In this document: one piece after another, positions 57,201 to 63,913 of the stretch | Numbering within the stretch: the stretch's first letter is position 1 | Layout: every line of letters starts with the position of its first letter | NCBI GenBank assembly: GCA_945787325.1 | Contig: CALZHP010000001.1 | Span: 73 to 64,072 of the forward strand | Length of the DNA stretch: 64,000 nt | From: an uncultured Desulfobulbaceae bacterium | GTDB taxonomy: Bacteria; Desulfobacterota; Desulfobulbia; Desulfobulbales; BM004 | Direction: 5' to 3' | Made by a program: the position numbers and the translations under genes | The notes under the pieces: model-generated | What the model saw: the letters and a program-made list of their open reading frames with translations, nothing else | Told to the model about the DNA's origin: nothing | Databases searched by the model: none

Positions 57201-60200
57201 GGCATTTGCATAGGTATAATCACTCTGGCCGATCATTCCGGTTGAACCAAGAATGGAGGAAATTACATGCAGTGCTTTTAATTTATCTAAGGAAACAGCA
57301 GATAAAATATTATAGAGGCCACGGGTTTTGACGTGAATATTAGCTAAACAGGATTCCAGGTCCATTTCTCGGAAGAGTTTTAATTGACTCAAACCGGCAC
57401 CATGCAGGATCCCTGTAATTTTACCCATACTCTGACTCACTTCAAGTACTGTTTTTTGTACCGCTTGCTGATCTGTTACATCACACTGAAAATACCTGTA
57501 GTGAATGCCTTCATTGTCATATCGCTGCAAATTTTGAAAGATTTCATTTTTCCGTTTTGATGATGTTTCAGCATCTACAAGGGGGGATGAGCCGAGTATT
57601 GCGAGTTTAACACCTGTACTACGGGATAATTCACGGGCAAGTTCAAAAGTAATTCCTTTTGCTCCTCCTGTTACAAGAAATGTGTCTGTATCGTTTAAAT
57701 GCAAAACTTCCTTCTCGTTGAACTCAGAAGGCTGCGCTACCATGGCCATGCGCTGGCCATCTTCAATAAAGTTGTATACCAGGCGTCCTGTTGCGACCTC
57801 CATTTCCTGCATGGCTGTTTCAGCCCACTGTTCAGCGGACCAGGAGTCTGGCAAAGAGACCCATTTAAAGTTTGCAGAAGGATATTCAAGGCACATTGAT
57901 TTCATAAAACCTGTTCCAGCCTCAAGGTCTATATCTGAGTTGTAATCATCAGATACAGGTCGCAATACAAGGCTGCGAAAACCGGACCAGCCAGATTCTA
58001 AAGTTTTATCCAATAGTTTATAACAATTGAAAAGATTCGAAATGAGTCCGTCTATACGAACGTCAAATTCCTCTGATGTGCAAGAGAAGAAAGCATTTTG
58101 ATTTTCCGGTAAGATAATAATCATGCCAATGAGATTATCTGGAAGTTGGTTTACTTCAAAAATAGATGAAAAATCGTAAAATACAGTTGATAGCCCTTTC
58201 CTGTTTAGTATATTTGAAAGGCTCTGATGCCTGTGAGATTCTGATTCACCGACCAGTAATACGGTACCTGCTGAAGGTAGAGGCAGGCTTTTCTCATGTG
58301 CAATTGGATAGAAATATGAGTTCATCTGGAAGTTACGAATATTATCGGGAATTATATTCTCCAGACTTATATAGTCAGTTCCGACTTCTTCTTTTTCAAT
58401 GCTCTTTTTTCTATCAATTTTTTTATTCTGAGCTTCGAGCTGCATTGCTTCAACCATCTCTGACAAAGGTGAATTAGCATATATCGAAGGATCATCTGCA
58501 AAATTTCCATTAAATTCTCGGGCAAGTACAATAGCAAGCTCACCAACTTTGATAGAGTCAAGATTAAGGTCATCACGAAGTTTCATTTCAGGCTGTATCG
58601 AATCAGGTGGAAATCCTGTGCGATCAGCTATACTTTTGATAGCAAATGTAAGTATATCACCCCTCAATGCAGGTTCGACTGGTTGCAATAATTCCTGTTC
58701 AGAAGCTACTTCATCAGATTCTGCAGCAGTATCGTCATGCTGTATATCTGGTTTAATAAATTCGGTAGGCAAGCTGCTGGGAAAGTTCTGATAATCCAGA
58801 GCAATATAATCTTTGAGAAATTGTTGGCGTCTGTTGAAATACGATTCAAAGAGTTCAGGGTTAATCCCTTCAGGTATTAATTTTTCTTCCAGCATGTTGA
58901 CAGGTTGAATTTTTTCAAGATGGCTGATATCAACTTGATTCTCACAAGGATTAGTAATAAATTGCGGATCATATGCTTCGACTGAGAACGGACGATGAAA
59001 TCTATGTTCAAAAAAATTATTTAAGTTGAGAGGAAACCCAAGAACATATGCCCTACCCAGTAATTCGTTCAATGGTTTTGAAGTGTCTGAATCGTTAGCA
59101 TCGGTGGGCATACAGGGACTGTTGATATTACCAAGGATATCTTTGACCAAATTGCTGAGGACCTGCCCCGGCCCTATTTCAATCCATAGGTCTGGTGAGT
59201 GAGCGGTTACTTCTTCAATAGCGTCTGTAAATCGTACAGGGTTTTGAATTTGTTGCCCAAGTAGTTTTTTTATGTCTTCCGAATTGGAAACTTCCATTCC
59301 GGTTGAAGTGGAAATTACCGTCCCATTTAAAGTTTGAAAATCTATGTCCCTCAAGCTTTCTAAAAAACTTTCAGAGGCAGGTGCTACAATATTTGAGTGG
59401 AAAGCATGTGAAACAGGAAGAATTGCACATTGAATATTTTGCTTTTTACACTCACCAGCCAAGGCCTCTATTGCTGCTGATGTTCCAGAAACAACCGTTT
59501 GTTTTAAGGAATTATAGTTAGAAATAATCGCCTTACCCATAAAAGGTTCAATAAGTATTTCAATATTTTTTGGGGTATCCGCAATTGCCAGCATGCCGCC
59601 GGGATCTTGTATATTCAGTGACGACATTGCATTACCACGTAGTGATGCAATTCTCACAGCAGTTTGTTCGTCATACACACCCATGGTATGAAATGCCGCA
59701 ATTTCACCAAGACTGTGTCCTACAGCGATATCGGGTTTAAGTCCCAAAAACTCCAGTACCTGAAGTATAGCAATGGATGTAAGGATAATTGCCGGTTGTG
59801 ATACTCGAGTATCTCGCAGGTTTGCACCGGCCTGATGGATGGTCTGTTCATTATGCGCAAATTGATCAATGAAAATAGAATCCATTAACCCTTCAGGCAT
59901 AACTGTAAAAACTGCATCTTCGCTGCTTTCATATAGTTCTTGAACAAAAGGAAATCTTCGTACTAAATCTTCACCCATATTGAATTTCTGACTTCCCTGT
60001 CCCGGAAAGAGTGCAACAGACTTAGGATTTTTTCTTGCTATCCCAGCAAAAATGCCTGCCGACTGGTTTTCAAGCTGGTTTATTTTCACACCTGAAACTA
60101 ATTTCAAGTGAATCAATTGGAGAGATTCTTCCAAGTCCCAAGGAGATTCGCAGACTATTGCCAGCCGGAGCTTACCTCCCATTGGTTCTTTGGTTAATGC

Positions 60201-61778
60201 AGCGGAAAGGTCAATTAATTCTGCACGGCAAATACGGCCAGCAAATTTTAATAGTTTTTCCACAGTATTCTGAAGTTCGGAATAATTTTCTGCAGCAATT
60301 AAAATTAACTCACTTTTTTGATAACTTTCCAGGATGGCAACATCCACTTGTGACGGTTTAGTGTCAGGATCAACTTCTTCAAGAGTTACATGGGAGTTTG
60401 CTCCTCCAAATCCCATAGAACTAATTGAGGACCGTCGAGGTCCATTATTTGCCTGCCATTCTCTTCCTGAAGCAACTGGCCGAAGAGTCCCAAGAGGTCT
60501 GCCGAACTGAGGATTGGGGCTTATACAGTTCATGGTAGGAGGTAATATTTTTCTTTTTAAAGCCATAATTGTTTTGGCCATTCCTGCAGCACCAGCAGCG
60601 GCTTTGCAGTGACCTATATTGCTTTTGATACTTCCAATCCAGCAAGGTCCATGGTCTGGTGAATTGTCTATAAGATCTTTTAAAGCAATAATTTCAACAT
60701 TGTCTCCCACAGGTGTACCGGTCCCGTGTCCTTCAAAAAGATCAACGGATGAGATTGGATACCCTGCCAAGTCATATGCTTTTTTTAATGCCCTCTTCTG
60801 CCCTTCTGGCTCAGGAGATGTTATTCCTCCATTGCCGTCAGATGAATATCCCCAACCTTTTATGAGGGCATGGATTCTAAGACCGGATTTACGAGCAAAT
60901 TCTTCTTTTACAAGGACAAAAATACCGCAACCTTCTCCTGCAAGCATACCTTCCGCCTGCTCATCATATGGCTTAATGTCTTCTTTTGCTAAGGCTCTAG
61001 TTTTGGCAAATCCAATAATTTCGAATGGATCAAGACTTACATCAACACCACCCGCCAAGGCAATTTCCATATCATCGTTGCGCAAGGCATTACATGCATG
61101 AGCTACAGACAAAAGGGATGAAGAACAAGCACCGTCAACCGTATAGCCGCCAGCTCCAAAATTAAAATAATTGCAGATCCGACCTGCGATAGTATTTGAC
61201 ATGTTACCCGCAAGACTGTCTTCATTCAATTCAGGTAACGCAGACTCATAGGAATACTGAAAAGCCATATCCAACTGATCAATTTGTTGCTTGTCGAAAT
61301 TGTTGTGCTCAAGAACTCTTCGAATAGATCGTGAAACATATGGCCAACGGAATTTTAGTGTATGACTTCGGGAAAACTCTCCTGCCAGAGTGTTACCAAG
61401 TATCAGCCCAATTTTGGCTCGATCAAGTTTGTCGAGATCAATCCCTGCATCAGAAATTGCCTTATCTGCAGTCCATAACGCAAGCCAATGAGCCATATCG
61501 GAAGCTTTAACAACAGTCGGGGGAATACGAAACTGGAGTGGATCAAATGCCCAATCGGTAATGACTGCCATCTGATCGCAATAGGTTTTTCCAGGAGTTG
61601 AGGGGTCAGAATCGAAATAGTCATTTCTTGGCAGTCTTTCGTCAGGCATCTTGCGAAAATAACGTCTTCCTGCCAATACGTTCTGCCAGAGTTCTTCTGG
61701 TGAATGTGCACCGGGATATACACACCCCATGCCAATTACAGCAATAGCAGAACTACTATCCGATCTGGCTTTACTCAT
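54282..61778 (-). CDS. single-module (iterative-type) type I polyketide synthase: KS-AT-ACP-KR-DH-PPTase-like-methyltransferase
   Basis: 2498 aa with a strong Shine-Dalgarno (AAAAAGGGGGGAGAAT before the ATG).
- KS: DGAC218SSS, EGH351GTGT and SNIGH390.
- AT: FPGQGSQ, GHS689LGE and HAFHS (malonyl-type).
- ACP: LNLDS1075IKVGE.
- KR: VTGGAKGIT and SDYTYANAW.
- DH: H1652VFDGTPLFPG and D1825SALQ.
- Sfp-like PPTase motifs: DGKPDL, IGLDFE and VWSLLEAGKK.
- C-terminal class I SAM methyltransferase: IRLLDLGFGPMAIE, ITGFDLDERAI and VCICMGLIEYL. Confidence 0.92.
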   Translation of the reverse strand: MSKARSDSSSAIAVIGMGCVYPGAHSPEELWQNVLAGRRYFRKMPDERLPRNDYFDSDPSTPGKTYCDQMAVITDWAFDPLQFRIPPTVVKASDMAHWLALWTADKAISDAGIDLDKLDRAKIGLILGNTLAGEFSRSHTLKFRWPYVSRSIRRVLEHNNFDKQQIDQLDMAFQYSYESALPELNEDSLAGNMSNTIAGRICNYFNFGAGGYTVDGACSSSLLSVAHACNALRNDDMEIALAGGVDVSLDPFEIIGFAKTRALAKEDIKPYDEQAEGMLAGEGCGIFVLVKEEFARKSGLRIHALIKGWGYSSDGNGGITSPEPEGQKRALKKAYDLAGYPISSVDLFEGHGTGTPVGDNVEIIALKDLIDNSPDHGPCWIGSIKSNIGHCKAAAGAAGMAKTIMALKRKILPPTMNCISPNPQFGRPLGTLRPVASGREWQANNGPRRSSISSMGFGGANSHVTLEEVDPDTKPSQVDVAILESYQKSELILIAAENYSELQNTVEKLLKFAGRICRAELIDLSAALTKEPMGGKLRLAIVCESPWDLEESLQLIHLKLVSGVKINQLENQSAGIFAGIARKNPKSVALFPGQGSQKFNMGEDLVRRFPFVQELYESSEDAVFTVMPEGLMDSIFIDQFAHNEQTIHQAGANLRDTRVSQPAIILTSIAILQVLEFLGLKPDIAVGHSLGEIAAFHTMGVYDEQTAVRIASLRGNAMSSLNIQDPGGMLAIADTPKNIEILIEPFMGKAIISNYNSLKQTVVSGTSAAIEALAGECKKQNIQCAILPVSHAFHSNIVAPASESFLESLRDIDFQTLNGTVISTSTGMEVSNSEDIKKLLGQQIQNPVRFTDAIEEVTAHSPDLWIEIGPGQVLSNLVKDILGNINSPCMPTDANDSDTSKPLNELLGRAYVLGFPLNLNNFFEHRFHRPFSVEAYDPQFITNPCENQVDISHLEKIQPVNMLEEKLIPEGINPELFESYFNRRQQFLKDYIALDYQNFPSSLPTEFIKPDIQHDDTAAESDEVASEQELLQPVEPALRGDILTFAIKSIADRTGFPPDSIQPEMKLRDDLNLDSIKVGELAIVLAREFNGNFADDPSIYANSPLSEMVEAMQLEAQNKKIDRKKSIEKEEVGTDYISLENIIPDNIRNFQMNSYFYPIAHEKSLPLPSAGTVLLVGESESHRHQSLSNILNRKGLSTVFYDFSSIFEVNQLPDNLIGMIIILPENQNAFFSCTSEEFDVRIDGLISNLFNCYKLLDKTLESGWSGFRSLVLRPVSDDYNSDIDLEAGTGFMKSMCLEYPSANFKWVSLPDSWSAEQWAETAMQEMEVATGRLVYNFIEDGQRMAMVAQPSEFNEKEVLHLNDTDTFLVTGGAKGITFELARELSRSTGVKLAILGSSPLVDAETSSKRKNEIFQNLQRYDNEGIHYRYFQCDVTDQQAVQKTVLEVSQSMGKITGILHGAGLSQLKLFREMDLESCLANIHVKTRGLYNILSAVSLDKLKALHVISSILGSTGMIGQSDYTYANAWLNGAVQSVLHYYPHIHCLSLGYSVWSETGLGKRLGAVESLAMQGITPISNKEGIDSYIKLTRQPCLGSTFLIIGRMTPELEATLFAPIQKPAGRFLEKIQRWVPSGELVADTLISHDRDKYISEHVFDGTPLFPGVMAIEAMVEAAQACTGRNDYPVLQSIRFKRPLIVPADSKIIMRVMAVADPQTSGMIRVKMAIRSEGDGFRENHFRADCIFGADSTHVSQIPSCPNLPEKLPVSPEDFSPTPLFQGKFMRRISAIYKLETSSESITEIKVPEDEKYFGNVTNKSLLTVSPAARDSALQSGALLMPTGYLPVEMDELRIYRNMKPGSRIICHVIGQKRTAERYSANINLYDEDGQILETIKGLILQAPNAGISVAKPYPQIPMSRVVTDLQSFLESESFGLAAIEHTEVESLTDNDEIRSDELEYFQKEIAASRRTTAISNLLATRRATVQYARDQHNLDLNPTDIAIRHQPDGKPDLHINSEPSAQVLNSTGMSLADDAEKSIAMVGPSSIGLDFETVQNHDAETWRGLLGEDGYHLARELVAKTSEPFDKTATRVWSLLEAGKKSNSLKRHVPKFKTHLGGPWYLFKGDFDGNDVNLLSTVFYNEKNGKTVQAMAVAVDEPGIDQHPLVDNSHNLNISLSKSPEKRFNEIAENFFGKLDAGIELFKNDPEHPDTEEHFKIFNSVLDTTVESLSELEKHFSDEELKNKRNYMYEKIKHYLHDSKVFRRTLEKPYGYPGDHLLMNMMFYKQLFSTGIGYHFDRNFIENIGSEAVRQRSYWVAERVRSIMEEKGMKHIRLLDLGFGPMAIERTVIENSAPDITFSITGFDLDERAIRFVKENLVDPRATLVTEKHNLISPQGVARIKEVAEEVDVCICMGLIEYLEKDAATAIIEAVHQGGRPGMHMMTSNYRSDHQSIPKMEWLLDWWLVYRTENEMQEIMLSAGFDNDKIWTKHDETGSIVLVEAEK
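54285..55256 (-). other. C-terminal class I SAM-dependent methyltransferase-like domain (aa ~2175-2498)
   Basis: Motif I is LLDLGFGP, with an acidic post-I residue in GFDLDE and a motif II/III-like segment VCICMGLIEYLEKD. A helical region containing EKPYGYPGDHLLMNMMFY precedes it. Confidence 0.65.
55329..56006 (-). other. Sfp-type 4'-phosphopantetheinyl transferase-like domain (aa ~1925-2150)
   Basis: The motif order is RR...LLATRRA, then DGKPDL, then SIGLDFE (Asp2045 codon at 55644..55646), then TRVWSLLEAGKK. This parallels the Sfp/ACPS motifs GKP, (V/I)G(V/I)D.E and W..KEA..K. The match is degenerate, so an HMM check is needed. Confidence 0.6.
56079..56906 (-). other. PKS dehydratase (PS-DH double hotdog) domain (aa ~1625-1900)
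   Basis: The HxxxGxxxxP motif is HVFDGTPLFPG, with the His1652 codon at 56823..56825. A downstream DSALQ (DxxxQ) motif is present. Confidence 0.8.
56979..57686 (-). other. PKS ketoreductase catalytic subdomain (aa ~1365-1600)
   Basis: The Rossmann motif is TGGAKGIT, with the Thr1370 codon at 57669..57671. The S...Y..AN catalytic motif is SSILGSTGMIGQSDYTYANAW. Confidence 0.85.
58443..58673 (-). other. PKS acyl carrier protein domain (aa ~1036-1112)
   Basis: In LNLDSIKV, the Ser1075 codon is at 58554..58556 (checked in frame). Confidence 0.8.
59139..60020 (-). other. PKS acyltransferase domain (aa ~587-880), malonyl-type
   Basis: The Ser of GHSLGE is encoded at 59712..59714 (checked in frame). 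FPGQGSQ and HAFHS motifs are present. Confidence 0.88.
60381..61751 (-). other. PKS ketosynthase domain (aa ~10-466)
   Basis: The active-site Cys218 codon is at 61125..61127 (checked in frame). The His motifs are EGHGTGT and KSNIGH. Confidence 0.9.
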
Positions 61779-62257
61779 ATTCTCCCCCCTTTTTCAGTTT
61801 TTGATAACGAATTAATTTTATAAGTATTTAAGACAACAGGTTTAATTGCTGTTGGTGAATATTTGTTAAATTCAAAACAAATCTGAATATGAAGCCAGAA
61901 AAGGCAATTAAAGGCAGATTGACTGGTAGGAATGTTAGGTAAGCCTTCTTTGAAGTGAAGAAAATTTCTTTCTAAGCAGGTTTGTAATTTGTATGTCGAA
62001 ATAATTTGGATAAATCTAAATCCAAATACTGTTTTTAATACAAATTTTTTTTCTAGATGATTATTAGCAGGCATCAAAACAATTATGCATGCGTATTTCT
62101 TGTTTGGCTTGAACGCATAACTACCTTTGGTTACGCAAAAAATATATAATAATGCTCGCTGCCAATGATAATGCAAAAGGGATTTCTGGCGGATATATGG
62201 TTCTTCTTCCACATCTTTAAGAAAAGAAATGATTGAATTCACTGTATTAATTTCCAT
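61775..62257 (-). CDS. hypothetical 160-codon ORF in AT-rich leader, stop overlaps PKS start (ATGA)
   Basis: This is the only long open frame in a stretch of roughly 20-38% GC per 60-nt line, counted by hand, where stop codons should be frequent. It lies about 40 nt downstream of the predicted sigma54 promoter. There is no Shine-Dalgarno before either in-frame ATG (62257 or 62074), and I recognise no family. Confidence 0.3.
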   Translation of the reverse strand: MEINTVNSIISFLKDVEEEPYIRQKSLLHYHWQRALLYIFCVTKGSYAFKPNKKYACIIVLMPANNHLEKKFVLKTVFGFRFIQIISTYKLQTCLERNFLHFKEGLPNIPTSQSAFNCLFWLHIQICFEFNKYSPTAIKPVVLNTYKINSLSKTEKGGRI

Positions 62258-62307
62258 AGATTAAATTAAGAAATCGGCTTTTAAAAAGCCTGACAGTAAT
62301 TCAGAAA

Positions 62308-62323
62308 AGCAGTTTACGTGCCA
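62308..62323 (-). promoter_or_regulatory. sigma54 (-24/-12) promoter oriented toward the AT-rich ORF and the PKS gene
   Basis: The minus strand reads TGGCACGTAAACTGCT. Against the consensus TGGCACG-N4-TTGCW, the GG and GC are at exact spacing. The only deviation is C for T at the first base of the -12 element. Confidence 0.65.
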
Positions 62324-62397
62324 GCAAAATACGACTTTGCATATTCCGCATTAATTCAAACAAATATTATGAGATTAGAAGAATAAATGGGTAAAAA

Positions 62398-62416
62398 GTG
62401 AACATCGGATGTTCAC
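62398..62416. promoter_or_regulatory. perfect palindrome GTGAACATC-G-GATGTTCAC (candidate enhancer/UAS or weak terminator)
   Basis: 9+9 bp dyad about 75 nt upstream of the -24 element. On the minus strand it is followed by TTTTTAC, so it could alternatively terminate the upstream activator gene. Confidence 0.5.
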
Positions 62417-62425
62417 TAAACTGGG

Positions 62426-62454
62426 ACAAATGTTCTGAAAATGTGAACGTTTGT
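62426..62454. promoter_or_regulatory. inverted repeat ACAAATGTTC-N9-GAACGTTTGT sharing the TGTTC/GAACA half-site
   Basis: 9 of 10 arm positions are complementary. It contains another GTGAAC copy (62443..62448). It lies 17 nt downstream of the activator stop and about 103 nt upstream of the -24 element. Confidence 0.45.
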
Positions 62455-62470
62455 TTAAGGAAAAGAACTG

Positions 62471-63913
62471 CTAGGGTTTGAAATTATCAGAAGACCAACC
62501 AAGTCTTGAGACACCGTGTTTTTTCAGGAGAGTGTATAATCTTGTACGGCTTAAACCAGATACCTCGCAGGCCTGCTTCAGATCTCCTTTAGTAAATGCT
62601 ACTAAGTCCTGAAAATATTTTTTTTCAGCATCTGCCAACACGGTTTCTTTGAATGGTCGATATTTCAATGGATCATTAGGTGGTAAATTTTCTTTCATTA
62701 TAATGCCAAAATCATGTGTATCGTCCTGTATATCAGCAAGGGGCCATAAAGAATGGATTCGAACCTGGTCAGGTAAATGTTTAGGTACCAGAATCGGTTC
62801 ATGTAACGCTTTGCTGATTGCACCCTCGAGGGCCTTAATCAGCTCCCGTACATTCCCAGGCCAGTTATAAGCCTGCAGGGCATCAAAAAAATCAACTGAA
62901 AATCCTTTTGTTTCAATACCGTATTTTTCACAAATTCTGGTAGTGTAGTAAACAGCCAGTTCTTTTATATCTCGAGCATGTTCTCTAAGCGGTGGCAAAT
63001 CAAGAGTAATGGATCGTAAACGATAAAGAAGGTCATGCCTGAAAAGCCCTTTTGTGACAAGTTTTTCAGGATCTTTGTTTGTTGCAGCAATAAGCCTAAA
63101 GTTACTTTCGATCTCCCGGTTTCCTCCTACAGGACGAAAGCGGCCTTCCTGAAGGACCCGTAAAAATATTTTCTGAAGATTTAAGCTCAGATCGCCGACC
63201 TCATCCAGAAACAAGGTACCACCATTCGCCTGTTTAATCAGCCCATCTGTTGACTTTTCTGCACCGGTGAATGAGCCCTTTTCATATCCAAACAGGGAAC
63301 TTTGCACCAATGTTTCCGGAAGAGCGGCACAATCTACAACCACAAAATTATGATGCGACCGTAAGCTGTTAAAATGGATTGACCGTGCAAATAATTCCTT
63401 TCCAGTACCTGTCTCACCGGTAATCATAACACTTGCATCTCCACCGGCAGCCTGTGCTACGGTATCCAGGCAAGTTCTAACCTGTCGGCTTCTTCCGACA
63501 ATTCCACTAGTATCCAATGCGACAGTTGGTTGTTGAATATTCTTCTTACTCTCTCGATAAGCAAGAACACGATTGAGAGAGAGCCTCACTCTTTTAGAAT
63601 GCAAAGGTTTTTGTAGATAGTCCCATGCTCCATTCTTCACTGCAAGTTCGGCGCCATCAGGTGTACCAACCCCAGTAATAATTATAACCTCTGGGGATGA
63701 TTTAGTATCACGGATAACCGGCAATGCCTGTAGGCCATCTCCATCCGGCAGCATTACATCCAGTAAGACAACATCAAATTCTTCATTTTTCGCAATGTCC
63801 AGACCATTGTCGAGTGTCAATGCTGTAGAAACAAGATAGCCCAACTTTTCCAGCAACCTTGTCAGAAATCCGCATACTCCTGGATCATCATCTATGATAA
63901 GAACTTTTGACAC
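62471..63913 (-). CDS. sigma54-dependent response regulator (NtrC family: REC - AAA+ - Fis-type HTH)
   Basis: 480 aa with a GTG start. The receiver has VLIIDDDPGV and VVLLDVMLPDGDG. The AAA+ domain has GETGTGKE, the sigma54-contact loop GSFTGA (GAFTGA variant) and LDEVGDL. The C-terminal HTH is ACEVSGLSRTRLYTLLKKHGV. Confidence 0.92.
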   Translation of the reverse strand: MSKVLIIDDDPGVCGFLTRLLEKLGYLVSTALTLDNGLDIAKNEEFDVVLLDVMLPDGDGLQALPVIRDTKSSPEVIIITGVGTPDGAELAVKNGAWDYLQKPLHSKRVRLSLNRVLAYRESKKNIQQPTVALDTSGIVGRSRQVRTCLDTVAQAAGGDASVMITGETGTGKELFARSIHFNSLRSHHNFVVVDCAALPETLVQSSLFGYEKGSFTGAEKSTDGLIKQANGGTLFLDEVGDLSLNLQKIFLRVLQEGRFRPVGGNREIESNFRLIAATNKDPEKLVTKGLFRHDLLYRLRSITLDLPPLREHARDIKELAVYYTTRICEKYGIETKGFSVDFFDALQAYNWPGNVRELIKALEGAISKALHEPILVPKHLPDQVRIHSLWPLADIQDDTHDFGIIMKENLPPNDPLKYRPFKETVLADAEKKYFQDLVAFTKGDLKQACEVSGLSRTRLYTLLKKHGVSRLGWSSDNFKP

